This document shows positions 40,170 to 49,501 of a stretch of DNA of 64,000 nucleotides, piece by piece (the first letter of the stretch is position 1; each line of letters starts with the position of its first letter). The position numbers and the translations under genes were made by a program. Below the pieces are notes generated by a model. The model made no database searches. It was not told the origin of the DNA and saw only the letters and a list, made by a program, of their open reading frames with translations. The DNA lies in IMG/VR virus record IMGVR_UViG_3300012988_000016, positions 244,896 to 308,895 of that record; one strand, 5' to 3'.

Positions 40170-40573
40170 GACTTGAACGGATCCTGCAACAGATGTTCTA
40201 CGAACTCTGGACGTTGGACAGGTTCTACTACAGGTTTAGGGATCCTGAGGTCCTCCCATTCAGCCATGCTGGCCTTCAACAGCCTATATAGGTCTCCCGC
40301 TGATGGGTCCCATTCTGCCGGCCCCATCAGCGTAAAAACCCTCATCCAAGTACTGCAGAAACGAGCCCTACATCCCAAACAATTGGGGAATCCAGTAGTC
40401 AGATTGTCGTTGCGAGCACCGACCAACGAATCAATCAATTTTTTACGCCCTTCAACCGTGTAAAGATACGCTAGAACCATTTGCTCATAGATTGTGTCCA
40501 CAATCACTGCTTCGCATTCGGAATCATGCGGGAATTGCGGATACTGTGGAGGCTCTTCAGCTTCGGGCGGCAT
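40166..40573 (-). CDS. hypothetical protein
   Basis: GAGGA RBS; 135 aa. Confidence 0.6.
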   Translation of the reverse strand: MPPEAEEPPQYPQFPHDSECEAVIVDTIYEQMVLAYLYTVEGRKKLIDSLVGARNDNLTTGFPNCLGCRARFCSTWMRVFTLMGPAEWDPSAGDLYRLLKASMAEWEDLRIPKPVVEPVQRPEFVEHLLQDPFKS

Positions 40574-40583
40574 CTTAATCCTC

Positions 40584-40964
40584 TCAGCGATCTCCCATCA
40601 GCCGGATACCAGGCCGCACTTTCGGCCTGGGCTTGGAGAAGCGACGTTTCTCCACCATCTGTCGTCCAAGTAGCTTCTGAGGGTCTTGTCCCAAGCTCCG
40701 CAACACGGTGCTGATCACCATCCTGTCTCGGTTGGTCGGCACCTGACCGGTCGGTTCACTGCGGCAAACTGGGATCCGCTCACTATCGATGCTGATCCAG
40801 ATGGTGGCCAGTTGGGGAGTGGGGCCGCCGATCCAGAGATCGATCACACCCGATTCAAGATGAGTCTGCAGATGAACCCCCACAGTGGGGTCCCACATGG
40901 TCAGTTGAGGGTCAGCAGAATGTTGAATGTTGGTCGAGGGTTTGATTTTCCAGGGCATTTTCAC
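40584..40964 (-). CDS. hypothetical protein
   Basis: 126-aa ORF. Confidence 0.55.
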   Translation of the reverse strand: MKMPWKIKPSTNIQHSADPQLTMWDPTVGVHLQTHLESGVIDLWIGGPTPQLATIWISIDSERIPVCRSEPTGQVPTNRDRMVISTVLRSLGQDPQKLLGRQMVEKRRFSKPRPKVRPGIRLMGDR

Positions 40965-41107
40965 AATTTCAACGAATCAAGTAGTAGACATAGGGAGCAC
41001 ATTTGTGGTTCAGACAATGATAACCTGACCCACAGGATGACTGACAGACGAGAGGATGGGTCGACCGTGCGGGCCTCAGATGGGTGCTACAACCGAGCAG
41101 ACAGAAG

Positions 41108-41767
41108 CTAAGGACGGCGAATAGGAACTGCCGTTCTGGAGACGAGGAAACCACCTTCCACCTCCTCGATCTTCGGTTCGAGTTCAATCCCAACAATGTT
41201 GGGGTCAGACCATTCATCTCCACTGAGCTGAAAATAGGATTTTTGACCATCATTCCCAAAATCGATCGTCTGGCCGGTAGTCTGGAACGGTTCCACCACA
41301 TGGTCCGGCTGATCGGTTTCAATGCACTGAAGCTGAACCGTCTGGTCATGAAGGCGATACAGCTTGCGAGGATCCAGCCAAAAGTGTTGTCGACCATCTG
41401 ACGGATGAAGCCCGATAGAGGTTCCAATCGGGTTACAATCAAGAGTCAATATCCCGACTCCCAGCTGAATCATCTCATGGCGATTCGCTCTGATGGGGCG
41501 GAGCCCCAGATTCAGGTCTCCCATGTGTCCGGAGGTGCGTTCCTCCAACACGATGCACCAGAGGCGAACTCGCTTCCCCTGAAGCTGTCCCAGCCCTTCT
41601 TGATTGAGCCAAAACTCCGCTTTTGCATCCTCATTGAAATTCGAATCACTCAGATTGATGGAACCATATCGCTTGGAGCGTCGTTCACTTGGGTGCCAAG
41701 AGAGGATACCTTCGCCCAATATGGTGTGTAGTAATGATGGCATCAAATCTCTAGTCTTGAAGTCCAC
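41108..41767 (-). CDS. hypothetical protein
   Basis: 219-aa ORF, FWLDPRKLYRLHDQTV. Confidence 0.65.
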   Translation of the reverse strand: MDFKTRDLMPSLLHTILGEGILSWHPSERRSKRYGSINLSDSNFNEDAKAEFWLNQEGLGQLQGKRVRLWCIVLEERTSGHMGDLNLGLRPIRANRHEMIQLGVGILTLDCNPIGTSIGLHPSDGRQHFWLDPRKLYRLHDQTVQLQCIETDQPDHVVEPFQTTGQTIDFGNDGQKSYFQLSGDEWSDPNIVGIELEPKIEEVEGGFLVSRTAVPIRRP

Positions 41768-41946
41768 TGTCCCAACATTCCTAGAAAGAAAAGCAGTAGG
41801 TGGAGTATGGTTTGATCGTAGGTGTGGTGGATTGCCGCCACCGTGGTGAGCAATAGATTTACCCCCATCAACAGTTCGAACAGATAAGGGAGCAGAAACT
41901 GCAATCTGGGCATCTCATCAACCTAACGGCCCATCAGACCAGAAGA

Positions 41947-42189
41947 TTAGAGCTGCTTGGCCTCTTTGGCTTCAATCCTGGCGATCTGTTGGGTCAGATC
42001 ATCGGCCGCTCGTTCATAGGTACGGGCCGTTCGCTCCAACACAGCCGCTTCTTCCAACCAGATGATCCGCTTCATCCGCAGTCTAGTCAATAGATCTGTA
42101 CCTTTGGACATCGCCACTTCAGTCAATCTGGCGTTCAAACTGGAATGTAATCCCGTCGTCAGTGGGCGTTTTTGAGGTTTATCGGTCAT
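41947..42189 (-). CDS. hypothetical coiled-coil protein
   Basis: 80-aa ORF. Confidence 0.55.
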   Translation of the reverse strand: MTDKPQKRPLTTGLHSSLNARLTEVAMSKGTDLLTRLRMKRIIWLEEAAVLERTARTYERAADDLTQQIARIEAKEAKQL

Positions 42190-42453
42190 CCCAATTCCCT
42201 ACGGCTCAACGGCTGGGATGTTTAGGCTTATGAGGCGTATCGCCACAATGCTGGCCAAACAAGGCTCGATCCGCCTGCTCGATAATGTTGAGGGCTCGCC
42301 GGAGATGCCAAGCTGGCGACTGATTGGTCTCCTGTTCGATCTGTCGGCCCAACACCCGACGCAAACTCTCGGTCACTTGCTGGAGCGAATATGCCTTGAG
42401 CATACCTGCTATCCGCCTATCAAGCAACTGTTCGGATCGGTCCCTGGCTTGCA

Positions 42454-43245
42454 TCAATCCTGCCTGGCTGGAGGTGTGGGGGTCGGGTCGACCACCCTTG
42501 GCATCCAATGCGTCACATCGGTCAGGTAATAGTCATCAGTCCAGAAGTTACCGTCACGCCACCATCCCGCATAGGTGACCTCAAGGTTGATGAACCAAAC
42601 CGCCTGACCTGCTTGAGGCATCTCTTTCTGACAGGCTCGCCAAGTTCTAGCCTGAGATCTGAAGACGCCACTATTTAGAGGACTTTCGGCAAAATAGCTG
42701 CCATCCACCCGTTGATAACAATCGCCCAGCACATGCAAGCCATCTTCAATCGAAGTAGGCTGAATGATCGGCCTGCTGTTCCGATAACTGGTTCGCAAGC
42801 TATCCAGGTCAGGCAATATCTTTTCCCAACCTATCTCTAGGCTGGATCGGTAGAGACTAAGCACGTCTTGCAAGGCAGCCTCATATCCCACCATCCGTTC
42901 ATCAGGAGGGAGATCGGCGGGTTGCCCAGCCTTGAGACGCTCCAACCGTTGCTCGGTAACCTTGACGGCTCTCCCAACCAGCGAAATAGAGCGAGCTAGA
43001 CGGACCTGTTCGGCTTTGAGGTGCCGAAGCTGTTGTTCGGTTGCCGAAATGTCTGACGTGGGTTCTATCATTCTAGGCATCCAATGGGTAACTGCAGGGA
43101 TGGGCTGTTTGGATTCCGCATCAGCATAGAAGGCTCCTTGACGCCAGCAACCTGCTTGGCTGATGCCGTAGAAGGTGAGCCAAACCGCCTGGCCTTCTTT
43201 AGGCCGCTGGACCGAGCAAGCGATCCATTGACGATCCTCAGACAT
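42454..43245 (-). CDS. double DUF551-like protein
   Basis: WIAC...P..GQAVW...VTHWMPR occurs at both ends. Confidence 0.75.
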   Translation of the reverse strand: MSEDRQWIACSVQRPKEGQAVWLTFYGISQAGCWRQGAFYADAESKQPIPAVTHWMPRMIEPTSDISATEQQLRHLKAEQVRLARSISLVGRAVKVTEQRLERLKAGQPADLPPDERMVGYEAALQDVLSLYRSSLEIGWEKILPDLDSLRTSYRNSRPIIQPTSIEDGLHVLGDCYQRVDGSYFAESPLNSGVFRSQARTWRACQKEMPQAGQAVWFINLEVTYAGWWRDGNFWTDDYYLTDVTHWMPRVVDPTPTPPARQD

Positions 43246-43526
43246 CAAACCTCTGACATCAAGTCGTCGAACCGGCAATCGGTCCAACGGGTTTGACCTA
43301 ACTCCAACTTGAGAGCCTCATCGATGGTCTCTTTGAACAGGGCTCGCTGCTCAGCAGCTGAATCGGTCGCCTCAAAGGTGGCACGGCTGTAACGATCCCC
43401 ACCACAGAAGCAAGTCATTCCCATGTACTGAGTGATGGTCAGATAGTAGGTACCAACGTCATAACTACATCTGTACAGCCCACCCTTGGGACCAAGCTGC
43501 AAACACGAGACCTCTAGGAGCCGCAT
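43245..43526 (-). CDS. hypothetical protein
   Basis: Class B motif 9 nt upstream. Confidence 0.6.
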   Translation of the reverse strand: MRLLEVSCLQLGPKGGLYRCSYDVGTYYLTITQYMGMTCFCGGDRYSRATFEATDSAAEQRALFKETIDEALKLELGQTRWTDCRFDDLMSEV

Positions 43527-43532
43527 CGCCAG

Positions 43533-43787
43533 CTATACACCAGCTGATTTGCAGCAGTGGTTAGCTGGAACGTGGCTCTGAACCGACACCGTTGCCCGAC
43601 ATGGCTGCAATATCTCAAGCAGAGGCCGTGTCGGGTGGACCTGGTCCCAAATCTGCAGACATTCGGTACAATACTGATGAGGGTAGAAGACGGGCTGATT
43701 GGGCCAAATCACCCTATCGTGAATCCACACATCTTCACACCAAGAACCATCTTTAGTGCCGTCGGTTCGAAGATGATAGGTTGTCAT
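43533..43787 (-). CDS. small Cys/His protein
   Basis: Coupled start MTTYHL. Confidence 0.5.
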   Translation of the reverse strand: MTTYHLRTDGTKDGSWCEDVWIHDRVIWPNQPVFYPHQYCTECLQIWDQVHPTRPLLEILQPCRATVSVQSHVPANHCCKSAGV

Positions 43788-44470
43788 TTCTTCAGTTCCT
43801 CTGCACACCACTCGGCCGCAAACCTCAAAGCAGTCAGGCGATCAGAGCTATTGAAGCCACAAATGACCCTATCTCCCTTGAAGGCACACAAGGTAGGGAT
43901 CCACTCGTCTCCCTCATCCGACCGTTCGACCGAGAAACGCATGGTTCGATAGGTGGTATCGAGATTGTTCCCACCCTGCTGACACCATCGGGTGATCACG
44001 TCCCAACAGTCTGTCTCATCCAGCTCCTGAGCGGATGGCTCAAAATTGTCATCAGAGGGGCCGATGAGTCGAAATTGCTCGACAAGTGTCACCTCCAAGA
44101 CAGTGGTCAGTTGGATTTTAGCTTGTTGAAGGAAGCTGGCGTCTGACGGCCCATACCCTAAACTACAGATCATCCGTATGGGGTTCAACGAGGCCGGTTC
44201 CACCAACAACACTGAAGGGGCAGGTTTGGGGTCATTGGACCAAATCCCTTGAGGAGGCTGGATTTTAAAATGGGCAACCCGCACCCGCCCTGAGGCCGGT
44301 TCGGCTGGCCAACAATTTCCTTTGATGCCCAACCAAGGTAGCCAAAGATTACCTTGATCGTCTTCCCACAGTGTGAACGAACTTCCGTTAGTCGATGACA
44401 ATGCACTGTGCTGTGAGGGCCGGATTTTCATAGATCCAAACTGCTGGCCCAACAGGGGGATGGTTTTCAC
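43784..44470 (-). CDS. hypothetical protein
   Basis: GTG start 9 nt after GGTGTA. Confidence 0.65.
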   Translation of the reverse strand: MKTIPLLGQQFGSMKIRPSQHSALSSTNGSSFTLWEDDQGNLWLPWLGIKGNCWPAEPASGRVRVAHFKIQPPQGIWSNDPKPAPSVLLVEPASLNPIRMICSLGYGPSDASFLQQAKIQLTTVLEVTLVEQFRLIGPSDDNFEPSAQELDETDCWDVITRWCQQGGNNLDTTYRTMRFSVERSDEGDEWIPTLCAFKGDRVICGFNSSDRLTALRFAAEWCAEELKK

Positions 44471-44492
44471 CCTGTTCTTTACACCACCCTGG

Positions 44493-44930
44493 CTAGGGAA
44501 GCCAGCAGGCGATCAACAGATCCAAGTCTTCTCGGCTGAGCATCCTCAACACCTCCGCCTCATAGTCAGGCGTGCGAGGTTCATCACCAACTTCACGATA
44601 GGGGAGGGCTTCAGGTGTGTCGGAATGCTGAGGCCACAGACGACGGCCATATTGCTCATGATGATCGGTCAACAGGTCGCCCGCCAGAGGCCCTGTAGAG
44701 GGTTCGGCTTCCCAGCGGCCTGTCCTCAAAAAGTGTTGTGTGCAGCCGCAAATCCAGCAACAGTAGAGGATTTGATCCCTAGGATCGGGCCAACTCATCC
44801 CCCATTCCTCTAACGCCAAATCGACTAGCTCCAGAAGGGGTAGGTTGTAGTCAACCCTGGCCCATGGACCTTTTTCCAAACACACCATCGTTCGAGTCGG
44901 ATGGTGAAAGACGTAATTGATCACACCCAT
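44493..44930 (-). CDS. hypothetical protein
   Basis: 145-aa ORF. Confidence 0.55.
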   Translation of the reverse strand: MGVINYVFHHPTRTMVCLEKGPWARVDYNLPLLELVDLALEEWGMSWPDPRDQILYCCWICGCTQHFLRTGRWEAEPSTGPLAGDLLTDHHEQYGRRLWPQHSDTPEALPYREVGDEPRTPDYEAEVLRMLSREDLDLLIACWLP

Positions 44931-44939
44931 GAAGACACT

Positions 44940-45239
44940 CTAGCAAGGAATAGGCAGACCAGCTCGGCGGAAGTAATCACGGATCGTGCTCTTGAGGAGC
45001 CTCGATTTGGCCCGATAGCCGTATTGGTCGGCCGCCTTCAGTTGAGCCTCCAACTCGACATAGCATTGAGCCGCCACCTTGACGTCTGGGATATCCAACA
45101 CCACCAGCTCAACATCGTGATCCAACTGCCCCTCGGGGGTGAGACGGATGCAAGACAGATGCGGCATCCCATCACAGAAGGAGAGCGAAAGGCTAGCTTG
45201 GTTGATTTCCACGTGCTCGATGACGGTCATTTGGTTCAT
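44940..45239 (-). CDS. hypothetical protein
   Basis: Class A motif at 34 nt. Confidence 0.7.
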   Translation of the reverse strand: MNQMTVIEHVEINQASLSLSFCDGMPHLSCIRLTPEGQLDHDVELVVLDIPDVKVAAQCYVELEAQLKAADQYGYRAKSRLLKSTIRDYFRRAGLPIPC

Positions 45240-45245
45240 GTAGGC

Positions 45246-45273
45246 TAGAACGGATGCGGGGTTGAGAAGTTAA
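45246..45273 (-). promoter_or_regulatory. class A promoter-like motif
   Basis: TTAACTT-N12-TCCGTTCTA-N6-ATG(45239). Confidence 0.8.
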
Positions 45274-45277
45274 CCCT

Positions 45278-45781
45278 TCATTTGACCATCTGGGCAAAAC
45301 GTTCCAAATGGTCAAATATCCCCTCCAGACCCTCCTTATGGCCGTTCTCCCAGGCCATCCGGTAGGCCAGATTGGCTTTGGGATGATCGGTCAGTCCCAC
45401 CGCCTCAAAAGCATCTCGCTTGAACAGATCGGTCAGACGACTGTCCTCAATCTGATAGGCTATCTTTTGACGTCGCCATTCATCCTTGACCTCTTGAGAG
45501 TCGCTAGGTAGAGGGTGTGGAGGATAGGCCAGTTGAATCTTGTAGCGACCTTGTTTGATGGCTCGTAGGATATCGAGGGGTGGCCTATCGGCCCCCCACT
45601 TGGCACGATCGATCCAAGCGTCGATCGCACAACAGACGTCAAAGAAGGCACCCTGGAAGGGGTAAGCTTGCTCAAGCGGGTCCGGCCCCTCTTCTACCTG
45701 CCTGGCAGTTTCCCATGCGGCACAAAGGTTGTGTGAAGCGGTTCGGAAAGCGATGAGGGCGTCTAACAGGTGAGGGGTCAT
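45278..45781 (-). CDS. hypothetical protein; C-terminal domain paralogous to 49219-49500
   Basis: FKRD...GL..HPK...MAW..GH.EG shared. Confidence 0.65.
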   Translation of the reverse strand: MTPHLLDALIAFRTASHNLCAAWETARQVEEGPDPLEQAYPFQGAFFDVCCAIDAWIDRAKWGADRPPLDILRAIKQGRYKIQLAYPPHPLPSDSQEVKDEWRRQKIAYQIEDSRLTDLFKRDAFEAVGLTDHPKANLAYRMAWENGHKEGLEGIFDHLERFAQMVK

Positions 45782-45945
45782 GATTGTGGGATTTGGTAAG
45801 AGGTTTCGCCGTCCAGGTATGGAAATTGTGCCTCACAGGCGGCTTCCTGCTGGCGAGCCTCGTAGGGGGTCAGTTCACCCCGTTCGAGCGCTTGATCGAT
45901 ACGGGCCAGCTCTTGATTGCGTAGTTCAGTATTGCGGTTTGCCAT
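45778..45945 (-). CDS. small protein (not in ORF track)
   Basis: MANRNTELRNQELARID..., 55 aa; class A motif at 33 nt; ATGA coupling. Confidence 0.65.
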   Translation of the reverse strand: MANRNTELRNQELARIDQALERGELTPYEARQQEAACEAQFPYLDGETSYQIPQS

Positions 45946-46028
45946 GCTGATATAACGGACAAGCTGGCCGATTGTTAAGCCTGACCAACCGTCAGTTCCA
46001 TCAATACCTCACCCTTCTTGGACCGTTT

Positions 46029-46211
46029 TCACGCTTCGTTACACTCTTCAACGGTAAATTCGGCCTCTAGGGGAGCCAAACTGGTCGTGACCCTCCTCTT
46101 GAGCTCCTCCAAGTCGGGATGACTCATGTAAAGAGGTGTGTTGTCCTGATCGCGGTAGAGGGCCATGTATGGATATGCCGGCCCACGTCTGAAAATTTCG
46201 ATCTTCATCAT
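46029..46211 (-). CDS. hypothetical protein
   Basis: 60-aa ORF. Confidence 0.5.
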   Translation of the reverse strand: MMKIEIFRRGPAYPYMALYRDQDNTPLYMSHPDLEELKRRVTTSLAPLEAEFTVEECNEA

Positions 46212-46366
46212 TCCTCTTTGATCCGCAATCTAGCGACTCGACGGATCATCCGCCGGCCCACCACCTTGAGCTTCTTTGGGTTGATCCATCCGCCCCATCG
46301 GCCCAGCAGCTTCAACAAGGGTACGCCATCTTGGGGACGACCTTTGGGCCATCGATAGTGTGTCAT

Positions 46367-46618
46367 TCAGGTACGCTCAAGCTGGCAAGGCTTAGTAGGG
46401 TCTTGATGTGGAGATCCACATGGACACAGGCTATCGAGCGGCATCCCTTCACTATCGACGATCCGACGGGTGACAGCATTAAGCAACACCCAGAGCTGCC
46501 CATGAAGTGGGTCTTTGATGGCCCGATGCTGTTGCTGCTTAGACAAGGACAGCACGTTCGCTTGCTGGATGGCCAGCCGTCGTTGTGCATACCAGGTGCG
46601 AGACTCAGATTTGGTCAT
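46367..46618 (-). CDS. hypothetical protein
   Basis: Class A motif (46624-46652) at 34 nt. Confidence 0.65.
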   Translation of the reverse strand: MTKSESRTWYAQRRLAIQQANVLSLSKQQQHRAIKDPLHGQLWVLLNAVTRRIVDSEGMPLDSLCPCGSPHQDPTKPCQLERT

Positions 46619-46819
46619 GCAGGTAGAACGGATCCTCAGACCTATAAATTAAGCCTCAATCCTTAGAGGGGTCTCGTCTTCCGCCAATCGGCTGGGACGA
46701 GCGCAATATTCTTCCAACATCGCTGGATCGAACGATTTGCCGAACCAATCGAGCGGGCGGTTTGGGGCCCTTCAGCTTGATGGTCGGGCGAACCTTTACC
46801 CCATCACTCTTCTTCATCG

Positions 46820-47197
46820 TCATACGTCCTCATTGGACGTCTCAACCGGCCCAGGAGCGTAATGCCTACATACCGCCTCGGTGACGGCCATCCCCAGGCT
46901 GGTGTGACGATTTCCAGCAAAGATGCGATCCGCATTAGTGTAGATCTCGTCCAACAACGCCTGCCTGACCGCCAGCCTGTCAGCCTCAATCAGCTGACAA
47001 CATAACTCAACACACTGATCTTCATCAGATTTGCCCGCCTGTGGCTTGAGATCAGTAGTGTTGCGGTATCGAACCAATAGGGTGTAGACCAATTCTCGGG
47101 CGGTAGTCATTTGCTTTCTAGCTCGTTGAACGGTGTCAATCAGGTCCTCCCCAGGACGGGTTAGGATCGCTTTAGAGAAGTCAAATCTAGGCATCAA
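46820..47197 (-). CDS. hypothetical protein
   Basis: Coupled ORF. Confidence 0.6.
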   Translation of the reverse strand: MMPRFDFSKAILTRPGEDLIDTVQRARKQMTTARELVYTLLVRYRNTTDLKPQAGKSDEDQCVELCCQLIEADRLAVRQALLDEIYTNADRIFAGNRHTSLGMAVTEAVCRHYAPGPVETSNEDV

Positions 47198-47532
47198 CCT
47201 TTACCAATTCGATGTGACATCACCAGATCAGCGACGATCTGCTGCACCACATATTCGACCTCACGGGAACGGTGGGTGGCGAGCCAACGCTCCAACAAGG
47301 GTTTAAGCTGCTCCACCGTTTCACGGGTCAACTGATTGGCCTCATACGTGTAACGTTCATTTGCGTCAAAAAGCGATTTGAGGACGGGCCAAATAACCCT
47401 GCCTTCGGTCAGAATCGTCTCTGTATCAGGAGCTTCAAGCAAGATTTGCTGGATGGCTATTCGATCCGAATCCGCTTGGAGGATCCAACCCCCAACATGA
47501 CCAGGACGTGTAAAGGTATAGGTGGGCATCAC
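47194..47532 (-). CDS. hypothetical protein
   Basis: Coupled ORF. Confidence 0.6.
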   Translation of the reverse strand: MMPTYTFTRPGHVGGWILQADSDRIAIQQILLEAPDTETILTEGRVIWPVLKSLFDANERYTYEANQLTRETVEQLKPLLERWLATHRSREVEYVVQQIVADLVMSHRIGKG

Positions 47533-47738
47533 GACTCCGTTCCCTGAAGCTCTTTGACGATCTGGTCCGCCCTCTCTTTGGTCATCTCTCCGTCCGTATG
47601 GACGAAACGATGGGGGCCTATCTGAATCTCAACCTGATGGCATGTGGCGCCAGAGTAAGGTCTCACATACTCAACAGCCTGGATGACGGGGGATTCGGGG
47701 GTGGTCATGGCTAGTATGACGGCCATAGGTTGGATCAT
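47529..47738 (-). CDS. hypothetical protein
   Basis: Coupled ORF. Confidence 0.55.
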   Translation of the reverse strand: MIQPMAVILAMTTPESPVIQAVEYVRPYSGATCHQVEIQIGPHRFVHTDGEMTKERADQIVKELQGTES

Positions 47739-48236
47739 TTAAGACTTTGGTGGATATTCAATCCACTGGGTTCCGTCCCACCTGTAATAGTGCGCCTTCG
47801 GTTGTTCGGTCATCCTGAAGAAATGTCCCGTTCGGGAAACCTCTTCAACCAAAGCCCACGCTGCTAGGACCGCCTGCTCGGGAGTAGGGCCCCAACCGAG
47901 CTGCATAGGAAGCAATGCCTCTCCATCAAAGATCCGCCCAGGAAGATGACAATACCATTCACCTGGGCGCAGCATGCCGAGGAGATCCGTATCGCCCAAA
48001 TAGGGGATTTGTTGCATTTCATATAACCGCTGCTCCCACCCAATCTCAGGATTGGGCCCGGCTTCTTTAGCGTACTGCTGATTCAACTCAGCAATCGCAG
48101 CCAACAAGCCAGGCCATTCTTTGGGCTGATGAAGTGCAAACCGCTCAGGTGAAAGGGCCAGCTCAGGCGCATACCAGATACAAAGCTCGGACAGCAGGTC
48201 TCGTCGGATCTGATTATCGTGAGAGGTGCTCATCAA
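47739..48236 (-). CDS. hypothetical protein
   Basis: 165-aa ORF, GWGPTPEQAV. Confidence 0.6.
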   Translation of the reverse strand: MMSTSHDNQIRRDLLSELCIWYAPELALSPERFALHQPKEWPGLLAAIAELNQQYAKEAGPNPEIGWEQRLYEMQQIPYLGDTDLLGMLRPGEWYCHLPGRIFDGEALLPMQLGWGPTPEQAVLAAWALVEEVSRTGHFFRMTEQPKAHYYRWDGTQWIEYPPKS

Positions 48237-48676
48237 GTCTCCTTTTGGGTCTCGGGAGCGAGCCGGTCAGCCAACTCGATCAAACTGTTGAGCTCCGCAG
48301 CGGTTCGGTGATGGATCGAGTTTTGGCCAAAGACCCTCAACAACCGCTCCACAGCCACACGTCCCTGTCCAATCAGCTGCTGATGCTGCTCACGATCAGC
48401 TTGTTGATACAGCTCTGCTTCAATCTGCTTCTGATCTAGGATCAGCCGCACCTCAGGTGTGTGGTAGTCTACTTTGCCGTACTCGATCATCGTCGCTTTG
48501 ACGAACCGACGCTCCTGCGTGGCAGGATCCCCGTCCACAACAACGAAGATATGCTGCTTGGTCACTCTGGTGACGGTAGCAAGCTTGTGGTCATAGCCAC
48601 GAAACGGTCCGAAACCGTGACGCTTGGCTTGCTGGATGAGTGCTTGTTGGCCTGCCTGAAAGTCTAGTTGGGTCAT
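48233..48676 (-). CDS. hypothetical protein
   Basis: Class A motif at 34 nt. Confidence 0.7.
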   Translation of the reverse strand: MTQLDFQAGQQALIQQAKRHGFGPFRGYDHKLATVTRVTKQHIFVVVDGDPATQERRFVKATMIEYGKVDYHTPEVRLILDQKQIEAELYQQADREQHQQLIGQGRVAVERLLRVFGQNSIHHRTAAELNSLIELADRLAPETQKET

Positions 48677-48682
48677 GCTGGC

Positions 48683-48710
48683 TAGAACGGATCGCCAGCT
48701 GGGAAGTTAA
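48683..48710 (-). promoter_or_regulatory. class A promoter-like motif
   Basis: TTAACTT-N12-TCCGTTCTA-N6-ATG(48676). Confidence 0.8.
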
Positions 48711-48985
48711 GGGCGCCTAATCAAACCCAGCTCAGCTGCGGCGGCCTGGTAGGACTCGACCCTTGAACGGACCTTTTCAGCTAAGCTTTTCTCCAGTTCT
48801 TCGAGGGTAGACTCATGCATGAAAGCGTGCATAGCCCCGTAATCGACACTCCCAGAGAAAGATCCTGGGTAGGGCTGAACATGGATATGAGGCTGATACC
48901 CTTTGGGAGTCTGATAGTACCCCTTCTCGTGAAGGTGTAGGGTGCGGCCGAACATGGTGATGGTCTTGGGTTGTTGAGGGTCCAT
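48707..48985 (-). CDS. hypothetical protein, TIxxxGRxL family
   Basis: TITMFGRTL; class B motif. Confidence 0.65.
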   Translation of the reverse strand: MDPQQPKTITMFGRTLHLHEKGYYQTPKGYQPHIHVQPYPGSFSGSVDYGAMHAFMHESTLEELEKSLAEKVRSRVESYQAAAAELGLIRRP

Positions 48986-49020
48986 CCAACAATCTACACC
49001 ATCAGACCAAACAAGATACT

Positions 49021-49209
49021 TTAGGTGCCGTCCGATTGGTCCAACTCCTCATACGAGGCCCCACAATCGACCTCAGGATGGTGCGGCCCATCAGCCAGAG
49101 GCTTCCTACAAACCTTGCAGGTAGGGGCCTGCTCAGGTGCGCAACCGCAGTACCGGGACAACCGATGGCAAGCTGGACAGTTGGTCAAGATTGGTACCAA
49201 AGGAATCAT
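49021..49209 (-). CDS. small Cys-rich protein
   Basis: CPAC, CGC, CKVC. Confidence 0.5.
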   Translation of the reverse strand: MIPLVPILTNCPACHRLSRYCGCAPEQAPTCKVCRKPLADGPHHPEVDCGASYEELDQSDGT

Positions 49210-49218
49210 CTACGCATC

Positions 49219-49500
49219 CTATGCCCACAACAGATCGGCCAAATACCTGAGCTCTCGAAATACCGCCTCATGCCCCTCCTGATGGCAACGCCCCCATGCC
49301 ATATTGAAAGCCTGCTGCCCTCTAGGATGTTGTCTGATCCCCAGCTGTTCCAAACAGTCCCGCTGAAACTGGCCAAACAAGCGGGCTTCATCCTCATCAT
49401 GAGCCAATCGGGCCCCTATCGACTGAGGAGATGAATCGTCAGGGTAGGGCATTTGGCTACAATAATGCTGTAGATGTATCTTTCGCAAGATATCTTGCAT
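49219..49500 (-). CDS. hypothetical protein
   Basis: Paralog of the C-terminus of 45278-45781. Confidence 0.65.
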   Translation of the reverse strand: MQDILRKIHLQHYCSQMPYPDDSSPQSIGARLAHDEDEARLFGQFQRDCLEQLGIRQHPRGQQAFNMAWGRCHQEGHEAVFRELRYLADLLWA

Positions 49501-49501
49501 A

